A stretch of DNA of 64,000 nt from Azolla caroliniana (Eukaryota > Plantae > Polypodiophyta), in the NCBI GenBank assembly GCA_043228905.1, contig JBHGNT010000013.1:9176001-9240000 (forward strand). Direction: 5' to 3'. The notes beneath the pieces are model-generated. The model saw only the letters and a list, made by a program, of their open reading frames with translations. It searched no databases and was not told the DNA's origin. Every line of letters begins with the position of its first letter. Positions within the stretch are counted from its first letter, which is position 1. Below are positions 11,501-25,162 of this stretch, piece by piece. The translations under genes were made by a program, and so were the position numbers.

Positions 11501-14315
11501 CCTCCTCTAGTTGGGATGCTTTTACCCTCTAGGATATCGTCATTTCCCTCTCTAGGGATTCCTGCGCTTGTCGCAGTTCTTGGATCGCCGCTTGGTCCGG
11601 TTCATCCGGCGTCGTAATGTACGGTTCTACTGCCGCCGTGATATCCACCTCAAATAGTGGGACGATTCGTGGGTGTTCCTCGAGGTACCGCTCGACTTCC
11701 TTGTCCGGTAATCCCTCCAACATGTTAATGCTTTCCGCATACAATGGAGTTGCTTCCTTACTGGTGATCACCCGTGGTTGCGTCGTTACTCGTACCTTTG
11801 TTTTCCCTCGCCGGAATGTGATCATGTTCTTTTGCCAACTCTGCTTGATATGCGCCGTTCGCAGCCATGGTCGTCCTAGCAGTAGGGGGTATGCGCCTTG
11901 TACATTCAGCTGCAGCACCACGGCCGATATCCGGAATACGTGGCCTCCGATCGTTACTTCCAAATCCCGGATAAGCCTGGTCGGTCGGACTGAGCTGGTA
12001 TCCGCCATGCGTAACCAGAAGGGGCATGGTTCCCATTCCCGGATGCCCAGGTCGTTGCATGTCTGTTGGTTGATGACATTTACCCCGGAGCCTCCGTCAA
12101 TAATCGTTCCAGCAATTTCCTTTCCTTTCACGATTGCCGTGATCGCCGGGCTACTTGTATCGACCACCGCTGGTCCTTCCTCCGGGTTGGAGAAGAATGT
12201 CGGTGCTGGCGTTGGCTTCGGTTTGCTCACGGATGCCTATAAGTCTGCCGTAAACCGTGGCACCAACTGTAGTAGTCGTGCTAACGGCAGCACAATTTGA
12301 CAGTCCTGTAGCGCTTGCCACGTCGGGTTTTCTCCTGGCTGTATGATTTCTTCATCTTTTGGCATATTTTGGTCTCTTACTTCTGCCGCATTCTGTTCAT
12401 TGGCCTGCTTGATCCATTGTGCCGCTTGTTTTCTGATTGCCTCCTGGGCTTCCCACTCGGCGGTCTTTCCCTTTGACCGGGTTGTGACCTGCTGTACTTC
12501 TGTTATTTCGGCTGTAACCATGTTGACTTCCGGCTGCTTGTCATTGGTTTTGCTTGGGCATTGGTTACTATAGTGGCCTTCCTTACGGCAGTAATAACAG
12601 TACACCTTGTGACTGTTGCTCGTTTCTCCTTTGTCCCCGGTTTGGAGGGTGGGTATGCTCCGGCGGTCGTCTTCGGTTTTTAGGTTATCCGGTACCGATA
12701 CCGGGTTGTCATTCCTCGCCGCCTCCCGACGTTCCTCTCTTCGGAAAAATCCACGCTTCTGATTCCGTCAGAAATTTCGGTTCCCTTGTCGCCTCTCTTC
12801 TCTGCGTCGTTCGTATTCCGGGGATTCGTCTTGGTCGTACCGGTCCCGGGGGTAGCTATCTCTGCGTCTCTCCTCTCGGTCATAGTTATCGCGTCTTCTA
12901 TCAGCGTATCTGTTACCGCGTTCGCGTTGGTAGCGGTCGTCTCTCCGGAATCGATCCTCGTCCGGGTTCTGATTGCGCGGTTCTATGTGTCGAACCGGTG
13001 CTGCCTGCCGATTTAACAGGTTATATTCGCATCGGTCCGTTGTATGGGCTCGAGAGTTGCAGATCATACATTGTGTCCGTAGGGTGCAGTCTACTGTTGA
13101 GTGCCCCGAATTTAGGCATGTTGTACATTGTAAGGCCTGTCGGAACCTCAGGTCTTCCTCCTTCGGGAGTGCCCGTTGTAACATCCCCATCGACAAGAAG
13201 GGGCTAGTCTTGTCCATTTCTAAAACCCGATCAATAACTTGGTCCATTGTGCTGGTTTGGAAATCAAGGACTCCGCACATTGTTCGAAGTGGCTCTTTCA
13301 GTGCGGCCAAAAAGACTGCTTTGGCTTCGTCTTCGGGTGGTGCTCTTGTCAGTTGGCTGTGCAGGGTCTGAAACAGAATGATGAATTGTGGCACAGTCTC
13401 GTTCTCTTCCTGTCGGGTGGTGTAGAACTGCCCGACCAATTCCCTTTGCTCAAATTGTCTATGAAAAAGCCTGAGGAATCTGGCCTTCAAGGCATCGAAT
13501 GTGGCAAAGCTGCCCGGTAAGTGCTTTGCGTGCCATCGGGCCGCCGGTCCTTCTAAGGTTATGCCGAATTCGGCGACTTTGGATCGTTCGGCTTCGGGCT
13601 CCGTCAGTCTTTGGGAGACATGGTTGGCTTCCCATGTTTGGAGGAATGCGTACACGTGTGCCTCCGCGTCGGCCTCATCCCGGTACTTTGGGTATGGGTA
13701 CGGCATCGTGTCGTCCAACTGACTCTCCTGCTTCCTCCGCTCTCTGTCCGCTGTTGGCGTTGGTGTGAGAACCTTTGGTTCCTCCGCGGGTGTTGCCGGT
13801 GTCCGGTCCTTTGGTTCCTCCGCGGGTGTTGTCGGTATCCGCTCCTTCGGTTCCTTCGCGGTTGTTGTCGGTATCCGGCCAGCCTCCCTCGGCGATTGCC
13901 GGTCACCGAATTCCAAGGTTATTTCTTCCTCTGGCGCCGGTGTTACTGAGTCTTCCGACCCCTCGTCCTCCCGGTCGTTTGGTGTGTCGTGGCTGCTTTT
14001 ATACCGGGACGCAATGCTTCCGTCGCTTTCCGACTCCGCCTCAAGTGTTGCGAATGCTTCCGAGTCCCCGTCGCCCCCGGCGAGCGTCTGCAGTATCGTT
14101 TCCGCCTCTTGCAGGCTTGTTATGCTACTGCCTTCGTCGGGGATTTGCAGAACCCGGAACTGCAGTGCTTCTTCTGCGACTCTCCGAAGAGTTTTGGAGA
14201 ATGACCGATCCCGCCGGATCTCGTCGACGGCTTGTTGTAGGGCTTCCCGTCGTTGCTCGCGTTCGGTGTATCGTCTCCCTCGTTCGGTGATGTGGTCGTC
14301 GTTTGATCTAGACAT
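8533..14315 (-). pseudogene. Element B gag-pol: one ancestral ORF with 3 in-frame stops and one frameshift (~10020)
   Basis: ORFs 12768-14399, 12237-12605, 11529-12230 and 9981-11501 share a frame, and 8533-9954 is shifted. Three CCHC knuckles, protease, RT, RNase H, HHCC + DDE integrase. Short tandem peptide repeats at 13765-13875 (12 aa) and 8560-8680 (15 aa). Confidence 0.92.
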
Positions 14316-14350
14316 CCATCCCCCGGTTGTCCTCTGCACTTTGCAGGAAT

Positions 14351-14361
14351 TGTGGTCGCCA
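14351..14361 (-). promoter_or_regulatory. PBS of element B (TGGCGACCACA, probably tRNA-Arg UCG)
   Basis: TGG-starting motif 6 nt after the 5' LTR; the same TGGCGACCAC follows the 5' LTR of element I. tRNA identity from memory. Confidence 0.7.
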
Positions 14362-14367
14362 AAATAG

Positions 14368-14762
14368 TGTTGTCTGCCTGGCCGGACTAGCCTCAACACA
14401 GGTGTCTATCCGACACTTCTCCAAAGGGGTGGTAAGGATTGGATGCTAGGTTACACGCGTAAGATGATTACAATTAAGCACAGACGGTAAACAATACGAG
14501 ATACAGATAAACACGCAATAATTACTATTGTATTACTTCTGTCCAACCCTTTACAAATCATCGGATCCTTTTATAGGCATCCGGCAAGGTTACAATCAGT
14601 GCGCTTAGGCAACCGACATCCGAATCGGTCCGGATCCGGATCCGGATCGGTACAACTGTACCGGATCCGTCCCTCCGAATAATAATTCTACTATTATTTA
14701 CTTCCTATTATCCGACCCGACTCCGCCTTCCCACTTGTCCTTGCTCTTCTGACCGGCCAACA
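14368..14762 (-). repeat. 5' LTR of element B
   Basis: Near-identical to 5261-5655; followed on the minus strand by the PBS. Confidence 0.95.
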
Positions 14763-15664
14763 ACATGCACCGATTGCCTGGCCGGTAAGCAAAACCGGAC
14801 CTCCTTCCGATCAAGGCCACTGATGAGACGTAATGCACCATTGGAGTTGGTGCATACCGATGTGTGTCAAGTGGACACGAAGTCACATGCCAGTTTGCAG
14901 TACTTCGTTATGTTCATAGATGACCACAACCGGAAGTTGTGGGCCACACCGTTGAAGACGAAGGATCGGGTGTTATCCGTCTTCAAGGAGCTCCACACAA
15001 GAGTGGAAAGAGAAACCGGTCGGAAGTTGAAGGAGGTTTGAGCAAATAACGGAGGCGAATACCGGGGGCAGTTCGAGGAGTACTGTTGCTCGAAGGGAAT
15101 CCGGCTCGAATTTACTGTGCCGAAGACGCCGGAACTAAACGGGCTGGCCGAGAGGATGAACTAGACCATAATGTGTGTCAAGTTGTTAAGAGTCTATTAC
15201 TAATCAATAGACCAAATCAAGTAATAAGGAAGAAAATAGATTGGATAGAAGAACCCGTTCCACCCGACCACCCCCGAGCTATGATCTAGACATAGCCAAC
15301 CTACCACCGACGTCCCATACCGCCGGATATTAGGATGACTAATACCTTGGAAGAGATAAACACGATCGTCGAGACGAAAGCCTAGCCCGCACCACCGGTG
15401 TCTACTACAGCAGCCTTCCGACGTGATCATTCCTATGAGGGTAGCTAAGCCTCATATTTATACCTTTTCCTAGGCCCCTTGAATAGATGTGCCTTTCTAA
15501 AAGGCTCTCTATTCATTGGTTGTCTAAATCATGATAGTGCATGCACATATCATTCATTCTATCCAATCATTAGTCCCCTTTTTAATAATAGTGAACATAC
15601 CCTTCACTAATGTAAATATTAGTGACCTACCCTCACCAACGTTATGTGTACATAACATACTCCC

Positions 15665-18600
15665 CTACTTCAAAAGATTGCACTCTTGCAATATAAAGTG
15701 AGGAAATTGTGCCTTAAGCGAATGCTCGCGTTCCCATGTGGCATCATCAATAGGTTTATCCATCCATTTGATCTTGAATAGCCGAATCTCTTTAGAACGT
15801 AAACGTTTAGTACGAGAATCAAGAATTCGTTCAGGAACATGAGGTTTGTAAGAAAAATCCTCTAATGTTACAAGATCTTGGATTGTGATGGTGTTATCAC
15901 CAGAGCCTAAAAATGGTTTTAGACGACTGACGTGAAAAACAGGATGAATACTAACGTTACGAGGTAAGGCAAGGTGATAAGCAGATGACCCAACTCGCTT
16001 AAGGATTTCAAATGGGCCACAATATCGTTGGGCTAACTTAGCGCACTTGCCCGTAGATAATGACGTAGAATCAGTCGGGACACGCAAAAAAACTTTTTGA
16101 CCAATAGTAAATGCACGAGGACGTCTATCCTGATCAGCATAAAATCGAGCACGATCTTGAGCTGTCTTGACATTTTCTTTGGCAATATGCAACATTTGGT
16201 TCATGTCTTGCAAAAAATTGCGTGTACTGTCTAATGTATCACGATGAATCGTGACATCAACTAGGGCACGTGGCTGAAAACCATACATCAACATAAAAGG
16301 ACTATATCCAGTGGATGTATGTTTAGAGCTATTATAGGCAAATTCTAAGATAGGAAGGTATTGCTCCCACTTAGAAGGGGTTTTTGCTACATAAGCTCGA
16401 AGCATGTCCTCAATAATTTGATTAACTCGTTCAGTTTGTCCATCAGACTGAGGATGATTTGCGGAACTCATGCTCAACGTAGTTTCTAGTTTCTTAAAGA
16501 CCTGAGTCCAAAAGTCACTAGTAAACTTGGAATCTCGATCACTAACAATATCCATCGGTAATCCATAAAAACGAAATAACTCATCAACAAATTGATAAGC
16601 CAACTGTTGAGCGGTTACCGTGGTTTTTGTAGGAATAAATCTAGCTAATTTTGTTAGCCTGTCAACGACAACCCATATGGCATCATGACCCCTCTGTGTA
16701 CGAGGTAAACTAACAATAAAATCCATCGAGATACTTTCCCATTTATTGTTGGGAATATCTAAGGGATGTAAAAGACCAGCAGCTTTAAGTCGTTCCGACT
16801 TATTAATCTGACATTGTAAGCATTGAGTTACGTATTTATGCACGTCAGAGCGCATCTTAGGCCAGAAAAAAGTACACGAGATGAGAACGAGTGTGCGTTG
16901 TATTCCAGGATGACCAGCAGATGGTGCATCATGACATTCATGAAAAATTTTCTGTTTAACATTTGGTAAATCTGGAACACAGACCTTTCCACTACGGTAG
17001 AGCAAACCGTTTGTAATGTGAAAGGTCGCCTTCGAGGGTAGGGTGCTAGTATCGGCATCTAAACCAGATTCGGCTTTCGTCCAGTATTTTGAGAAATAAC
17101 TGTCATCAAGGTATTTCCCTCGAAGGTGATCTAAAAGATCAGATTTTATTTCCGTGAAGCTAAGCATGTTAACTTCTTTAATGCGACTAAGAGCATCAGC
17201 AACGGTGTTCATAGAATCCTTGCGATATCGTATGGAAAAATCAAAATCTTGCATAAGGTCAGCCCAACGGCCTTTACGACCAACAAGATCGGGCTGGTCA
17301 CAAAAATACTTTAATGATTGATGGTCTGTTGTAACCACAAATTTATTTCCATAGAGATAGTGCCTCCATGTTTTAAGTGCGTGTATCACCGCAAACAACT
17401 CTTTCTCTTGAACCGAATACCGAGATTGAGCAGCATCAAGCTTCTTACTTTCAAAAGCGATAGGGTGACCACCTTGATAAAGAACGGCACCAATAGCATA
17501 ATCACTAGCATCGGTTTCAATTGAGAAAGGCTTAGAAGGGTCTGGTAATAGAAGAGTGGGAGCCTGACACACATGCTCCTTGAGTGTCTCAAATGATTTG
17601 TCAAGTTGTTCATTCCATGAAATTGGTTTGACAGACTTACGTGGATGACCTTTTAAAAGGTCAGTTAATGGCGTAGTCAATTTGGAATAGTTACGAATTG
17701 ATTTTCGTAAAAATCCAACAAACCCTAAGAATGATCTAAGTTCACGAATATTACGAGGAATGGGCCAAAGTTTAACCTTTTCAATACGAGAAGGTTCAAT
17801 TTCAACGCCATTTTCTGTAATTAAATGACCTAGGTACACAATAGATTTTTGGAAGAAGTCACATTTTGAATGTTTTGCATAGAAAGAGTTGTCACGCAAC
17901 TTTCGCAAAACAAATCGAACATGTTGAACATGATCTTGCAAGGTACGGCTATATATCAAAATATCATCCAAGAAGACGACAACAAAATCACCGAGTTGAT
18001 CTCGGAAAACATCATTCATCGCTTGTTGGAATGTGGCTGGAGCATTAGTCAACCCAAACGGCATGACTAGAAACTCATAATGGCCATAGCGCGTACGAAA
18101 AGCGGTTTTAGGAATATCATCCTCGGCGATGCGAATCTGATGATAACCAGTTCGTAAGGCAATTTTCGTAAAATATCGAGCCCCGTGCAAACGATCAATC
18201 AAATCATCGGCACGAGGTAATGGATATGCATTCTTAATTGTCATTTTATTCAAACGGCGATAATTGATACACATTCGCCACGAACCTTCCTTCTTCTTGA
18301 CTAATAGAACTGGCGCACCCCAAGGTGATTTACTATACCTAATGTGGCCCATACTCAAGTATTCCTTAAGTTGTTTAGCGATCTCATCCTCTTCTAATCG
18401 ACTAAGTCGGTAAGGTGGAATGCTCACAGGAGCAGCCCTAGGGATGAGTTCAATTTGATGGTCCACATTACGTTTAGGTGGTAAAGTAAGCGGTAATTCA
18501 GTAGGAAACACATCTTGAAAATCCTCTAAAATAGAGTCGAGTAATCGTTGCTCAAAATGTGGTAATTGTGTGGCGTCAATATTAAAATAATAAAATTGAA

Positions 18601-20064
18601 CCGCAGGATCAATTACACACGAATAAATTAATGAACTAGAATACTCACTTAAAGATTTAGAAGACACAAGTGAATGAGAAGGAAGTTTGGAACATTGAAT
18701 AAAATGTTTACAATTATTAAGTTCAAATGTGATTGAGTGATTAACCCAATCAATGGACAAAGAAGGGTTTTTATTAAAAAACCAAGGATATCCTAAAATG
18801 ACATCTGCGGATTGTAATTTCATAACATGAAAGTCAAGCTTCTCCAAATAAGTATCTATTTGAATTGGCAGTTGACAAACAATGCCACTGATGTATTGAA
18901 CGTTTCCATTTGCCATGTGAACTTGATAGATATGATCACTTGTGTTTATGTGGAGCTCCATTTGCTGCACAAAGTGATCATTAAGAAAATTGTGAGAACT
19001 ACTGGAATCAAACAAGAAATGTGCTTGTGTTCCATTGATATATCCGACTGCTCGGAGTAAATCATTAGGTCCAAGTAAATGTGAAGGAAAAGTGCATTCA
19101 CATAAACTTAAGTGATTGGTATGAACTTCAACAATATCAAAAGACTCACCTGTGTGACTCGTAGATTTGTCTTGAGGAGGGGTGTTCATTGACTTCCTCT
19201 CAAGACGACGACAGGTATCCTTTGTGTGGCCCCGCTTCTTGCAATATGCACAGAAGAGGTTCGGTTTCTTTGAGTCGCGGTCAAGAGTGTCACTGGATTG
19301 CTTACGTTTCCCAATGAACTTGACATTCGGAGTTTTGGCAAACTCAGGTTTATTGTGGTCTTTCTTGGAAGTCCTATGGTATCGCAGCACAATGTTGACG
19401 GCTTCCTCGAAAGTTGTGTGGTCCTTGTCATGGACAATCCAATGATAATCCCCATTGGGAATACCATTCAAAAAACAAGCGACAAACCATTTCTCACCCG
19501 TAAGTCCCGATTTTTGGATCTGGGTCCGTGCGTGATGCACATAATCCTCGAGAGAGGTAAATGGCTTACTAGACAATGTGAGCAAGTGTTGCGCTTGTTC
19601 GGTTTGAGAAGGTGGTTGCAAGAATTGTTTCTTAAAAACATCAACGAAACCTTCCCAAGTTGTGGGTAAGTTTTTTGCGGTCCTTAGGCCACGCCACCAA
19701 GCAGCAGCTCGGCCACCTAACTCACGACCGACATAACCAATTTTTACTGCATCGGGCTTGGGATGAAGCTCAAAGTGAGACTCCCAACGACCAAGCCAAG
19801 TGCTAATGGCCTCCTCGGTTCTTTCTTTCTTATCTCCCTTGAAAGGCGTGACTACGAAGGTTCACCTTCTTTCTTGGACTCAATAGTTAATTCTTGGAAT
19901 TTCTTTTCCAATGCCATATTGGCCTGTCTCATTTCGGCCAATTGATTCAAGGTAGTAGTGAGCAATTGCTCAATAGTGATCTCAGCTTGTGTGCGAGATG
20001 CGGATTGGGGTTGAGAGGTCTCATTTGGAGAGATCGTTCCAACTGCGTTCAAAACTTGTTCCAT
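15665..20064 (-). pseudogene. Element C gag-pol polyprotein (gag-PR-RT-RH-IN-chromodomain), one frameshift near 19860 and mutated catalytic motifs
   Basis: 1318-aa ORF with CAYCKKRGHTKDTC, FLDD, TDASD, HHCC, MDF/SDRD/QTERVN and PERILDSR...KIKW...ATWE. N-terminus in ORF 19852-20064. Confidence 0.92.
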
Positions 20065-21044
20065 GATGCACGCTGTGGGTATGCAATAAAATAAGGAGGT
20101 TCATAAAATACACAAGCAAAATGAATGCTTGAAATTTATCCAAGAAAGTATCTCATGTCTTTACCCCTCTAGACATATGAGATGTGATTCGAGATCCGAT
20201 AACTATGGTAACACTATGGTGTTTTAAAAACCATGGGGGAAAACATAGCTAAGATGTATTTCTCGGATCTCTATCTTGAGTAATCATGGCGGCTCCCCGA
20301 GGCTCAACCATGGTTCTTACATCAATGAAATTTCCTAGATAGCCTTATATTAATGCCAACCCATCATGTATTATATGGTCGAGAAAGTGTATTACGTGAA
20401 AAAACAAGTGCACTCACAAGTAATATTCTAGTCTTGCGAGCAATAAGCAAACGTGATGATAAAATGATAAAATAAGGCACTACTCATAAGAGTTAAGTAG
20501 TGACGAAAACAAGGGTAAAAAAAAAAGAACCCATGTGTTACCTACGAAAAAAACAATGTCACAAATAAATGGGAAGTGCAAGGTATGCACATATACATCC
20601 CAATATGATTGTTATAACTTGCACAATTGTGACATAAGCCACAAATTGATACAAGTGATGACGGTGTTGTGCGCAAAGATGTAATACTCAAATCCATGAG
20701 TAAAACATCAATAAGGGAACTCATATGGTTTTACTCGTTTTCTAAGGCTTGATGATAAGAGTTAAACCTAGATGACCCGTTGAAAAAAAAATCGTTCAAC
20801 AAGCCACTCCATACGAAAAAATAGTCTACACGTAAAGGTTACATTAAAATAAACGATGTAAATACTTTATACATGAAAAGGAAGTGGAAAAAGGAGAGTT
20901 AATTGTGGGTGGGTAAATAATAATTACTAGAAAATCATATAAGTGAAACACTACTTATGAAATTAAAATTTAATTAGAATAATCAACAATTAGGTGTATG
21001 GAATCAAACATGCCCTAAGATACGAAACCCTAGGGTAGTTGACA

Positions 21045-21365
21045 TGCACCTCCTCAAGACCACCACATATCCCTAGAATCGGCCAAGTAATGGCTAATTA
21101 AAGAGGAAAGTGGCATAGGTAAGTGACATATACCTCGTCAAGGCCACATCATCCCTTAGAATCGGCCAATTGATGGCTAATTAAAAAGGAAAGTGGCATA
21201 TGTAAGCTACATATACCTTGTCAAGGCCACAACATCCCATAGAATCGGCCAATTGATGGCTTAATAGAGAGTAGAGTGGCATAGGTAGGCAACATATACC
21301 TCGTCAAGGCCACATCATCCCTTAGAATCGGCCAAGTGATGGCTCAATAGAGAGGAAGAGTGGTA
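21045..21365. repeat. ~83-bp tandem repeat x4 in the long 5' UTR of element C
   Basis: Unit CAAGGCCACATCATCCCTTAGAATCGGCCAA...GTGGCATA at ~21055, 21139, 21222 and 21305. A second ~118-bp-period duplication lies at 21380-21560. Confidence 0.85.
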
Positions 21366-24300
21366 TACTCAACATCATATGCAAAACGGCCATGAGATAA
21401 GCGTGTGCGATTAGAGCAAACACGCTCGACCCAATGCACAAGAATAATTATTATCGTAAGAGTTCAAGAGAGGAGAGAGTGGGATATATATCGCAATATG
21501 CAAAAGGCCATGAGTTGAGCGTGTGCGATTAGTGCAAACACGCTCGGCCCGATGCATAATAATAAGTAAAATCGTAGCGTAGTAGGAGGTATAAAGAAAG
21601 AGAATAAAACGTAATACCAATTTGATTCGACCATAAAGAACGCATAATAGAAAAAAAGAAGAGATCAAAAAAGAAGAATACCGGGTTTAGAGTGTTGTTT
21701 TGATCCTGAGAAGAGCATGACGAGCCTTGTTAGATCCCCCTCGCTCACACGCAAAAAACATCAAAACAACAAAAAAATTGTTAGTAAAAGCTCTGATACC
21801 ACTGTTAAGAGTCTATTACTAATCAATAGACCAAATCAAGTAATAAGGAAGAAAATAGATTGGATAGAAGAACCCGTTCCACCCGACCACCCCCGAGCTA
21901 TGATCTAGACATAGCCAACCTACCACCGACGTCCCATACCACCAGATATTAGGATGACTAATACCTTGGAAGAGATAAACACGATCGTCGAGACGAAAGC
22001 CTAGCCCGCACCACCGGTGTCTACGACAGCAGCCTTCCGACGTGATCATTCCTATGAGGGTAGCTAAGCCTCATATTTATACCTTTTCCTAGGCCCCCTG
22101 AATAGATGTGCCTTTCTAAAAGGCTCTCTATTCATTGGTTGTCTAAATCATGATGGTGCATGCACATATCATTCATTCTATCCAATCATTAGTCCCCTTT
22201 TTAATAATAGTGAACATACCCTTCACTAATGTAAATATTAGTGACCTACCCTCACCAACGTTATGTGTACATAACACAAGTGGACACGAAGTCACATGCC
22301 AGATTGCAGTACTTCGTTATGTTCATAGATGACCACAACCGGAAGCTGTGGGCCACACCGTTGAAGACGAAGGATCGGGTGTTATCCGTCTTCAAGGAGC
22401 TCCACACAAGAGTGGAAAGAGAAACCGGTCGGAAGTTGAAGGCGGTTTGAGCAAATAACGGAGGCGAATACCGGGGGCAGTTCGAGGAGTACTGCCGCTC
22501 GAAGGGAATCCGGCTCGAAGGGAATCCACTCGAGGAGTACTGTGCCGAAGACGCCGGAACTAAACGGGCTGGCCGAGAGGATGAACTAGACCATAATGGA
22601 GAGGGTCCGAAGTATGTTGGCACATGCAAGGTTACCCAAGACGTTTTGGGCTAAGGCGTTGGCGACAACGACGTACGTGATAAACAGATCACCCTCAGTG
22701 CCCTTGGATAGAGACACACCGCAGAGAGTGTGGACCGATAAGGAAGTGTCTTACCGACATCAGAAGATGTTCGGGTGTCCCGCTTACGTGCATCTTGAAA
22801 AGGACTAGAGAGAAAAGTTGGATCCAAAGTCCCAACCTTGCATATTCCTCGGATATGATAATGATGAGTTCGGCTACCAAGTGTGGGATCCGGTCGACAA
22901 GAAGGTTTTACGGAGTCGAGATATTATCTTCATGGAGGACAAGACCCTTGCTGACTGGGAGTCGGAGAAGAAGGTAATGAACTCCGAGTTGACCGGTAAG
23001 GATCGGTTCAATGAGATTCGGACCTTCCCGGCTAAGAGACGGTTGACACTCAAAGAACCGTACAATTACGGTGAGGATACCAAACCAGCAGCAGAAGAAG
23101 AAGAGGAGGCTGGAACCAGAACCGACCATGATCCCGAATCAGAATCAGATGAAGAACAGATGCAAGAGCCGGTTACCGAAAACCAAAGTCAGAGATATCC
23201 TCTCAGAGAGAGAAGGGCCCTCCAGAGATTTTCGGATGCAGAGCGCGTGCTGCTAACCGATGAGGGGGAGCCGGAAAGCTTCGAAGAAGCAAAGGAGGAC
23301 ACCCACAGCCGAAAGTGGTTGAGTGCCATGCAAGATGAGATGGATTCCCTACATGAGAACCACACGTATGAACTGGTGGAGTTGCCGAAAGGAAAGCGGG
23401 CACTCTAGAATAAGTTGGTTCATAAGTGGAAACCGGGAGATGCCGGCAACCCCCCAAGATACAAAGCTAGGATCGTGGTGAAGGGGTTCCAACAGAAGAA
23501 GGGCGTGGACTTCGACAAGATATTTGGCCCAGTAGTAAAGATGACTTCCATCTAGACGGTGTTGAGCATAGCGGCAAGCATGGACCTCGAGGTAGAGCAG
23601 TTAGACGTGAAGATGTGAAGCACGGAAGTGGTTGAGTGCCATGCAAGATGAGATGGATTCCCTGCATGAGAACCACACATATGAACTGGTGGAGTTGCCG
23701 AAAGGAAAGTGGGCACTTCGGAATAAGTTGATGTATAAGTTGAAACCGGGAGATGCCGGCAACCCCCCAAGATACAAAGCTAGGATCGTGGTGAAGGGGT
23801 TCCAGTAGAAGAAGGGTGTGGACTTCGACAAGACATTTGGCCCAGTAGTAAAGATGACTTCCATCTGAACGGTGCTGAGCATAGCGGCAATCATGGACCT
23901 CGAGGTAGGGCAGTTAGACGTGAAGACGACATTCCTCCACGGCGACCTCGAACAGAAGATCTACATGCAGCAACCAGAGGGATTTGTGAAGAAAGGGAAG
24001 GAGCACCTGGTTTGCCAGTTGAAGAAGAGCCTCTACGGTTTGAAGCAGGCTCTCTGGCAATGGTACTGGAAGTTTGACTCCTTCATGACCAATCAAGGGT
24101 ACCACAAAACGTAGGCCGATCACTACGTATTTTTGAAGAAGTTCGAAGGTGGAGACTTCTTGATACTCCTCCTGTACGTGGACAACATGTTGATCGTCAG
24201 ACGAGACCAAGACAAGATACGGATGTTAAAGAAGGCACTAAACCGGACCTTCTCAATGAAAGACTTGGGTCCGGCAAGACAGATACTGGGGATGCATATA

Positions 24301-25162
24301 ATCCGGGACCGGTCAAAGAAACAATTATGGCTATCACAAGAGAAATACGTGACAAAGGTGCTTCAACAGTTCCACATGTCAGACGCGAAAACGGTCGGAT
24401 CGACACTTTCGGCAAACTGCAAGCTATCCGGTAAGCAAAGCCCGAAGACGAAGGCAGGGAAGGAGGATATGATGAAGATACCATATGCCTCTGCCATCGG
24501 GAGCTTAATGTATGCAATGGTGTGTACCCGACCGGATATCGGATACGCAGTCGGAGTGGTGAGCCGGTTTATGAGCAATCCCGACAAGGAGCATTGGAAT
24601 GCGGTAAAATGGATACTCCGGTACTTGAAAGGCACCTCAAGTATGTGTCTCCGATTCGGCTCCGGTAAACCCCAACTTGATGGTTTCACCGATTCGGATC
24701 TGTCGGCTAATGCGGATACCAGCCGGTCAACATCGGGATATGTTATGACATATGCAAGGGGAGCTATCTCGTGGTAGTCGAGGCTATAGAAGACGGTTGC
24801 GTTGTCAACCACGGAAGCAGAGTACATGGCAGTTGTGGAAGCCGGCAAGGAAATACTATGGATGAAGGACTTCATCGGAGAGCTAGGGATCCGGCAAGAG
24901 GAATACCGGCTCTACTGCGACAGTCAGAGTGCCATCCACCTTGCAAAGAATGTTGCCTATCATTCCAAGACAAAGCACATCCAGCCCAGGTATCACTAGA
25001 TCCGGGAGCGAGTAGAAGATCGGGAGTTTGTGCTGACGAAAATCCACATGGAGGAGAACGGGTCAGATATGTTGACTAAAGGGCTAACACCTGACAATCT
25101 AGATGCATGCAGGAAGAGGATCACATTGACGAGGCATCCCATGCCGGAGTTAAGGGGGAGTT

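Larger units (their letters stand above)
5261..14762 (-). mobile_element. Element B: full-length Athila-like Ty3/gypsy element with extra 3' ORF
   Basis: 395-bp LTRs 5261-5655 and 14368-14762 (about 5 differences by eye). Perfect TSD ACATG (5256-5260/14763-14767). gag-PR(IDGGSG)-RT(FLDD)-RH-IN with no chromodomain and no archaeal-type RNase H visible. Confidence 0.95.
15184..22276 (-). mobile_element. Element C: full-length chromovirus (Ty3/gypsy)
   Basis: 474-bp LTRs 15184-15657 and 21803-22276 (about 5 differences). TSD CAAGT. iMet PBS TGGTATCAGAGC (21790-21801). PPT GAAGTAGGGGAG next to 15657. C-terminal chromodomain. Confidence 0.96.
4192..25150 (+). pseudogene. Copia A gag-pol, split by B and C, with stops, loss of the protease and two tandem duplications
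   Basis: Fragments 4291-4930, 5133-5260, 14768-15183 and 22282-25150 are collinear with Copia D gag-pol. Confidence 0.9.

Noticed and set aside
5676-14367. Plus-strand ORFs opposite element B (and similarly opposite H)
   Set aside because: Antisense shadows of GC-rich coding frames.
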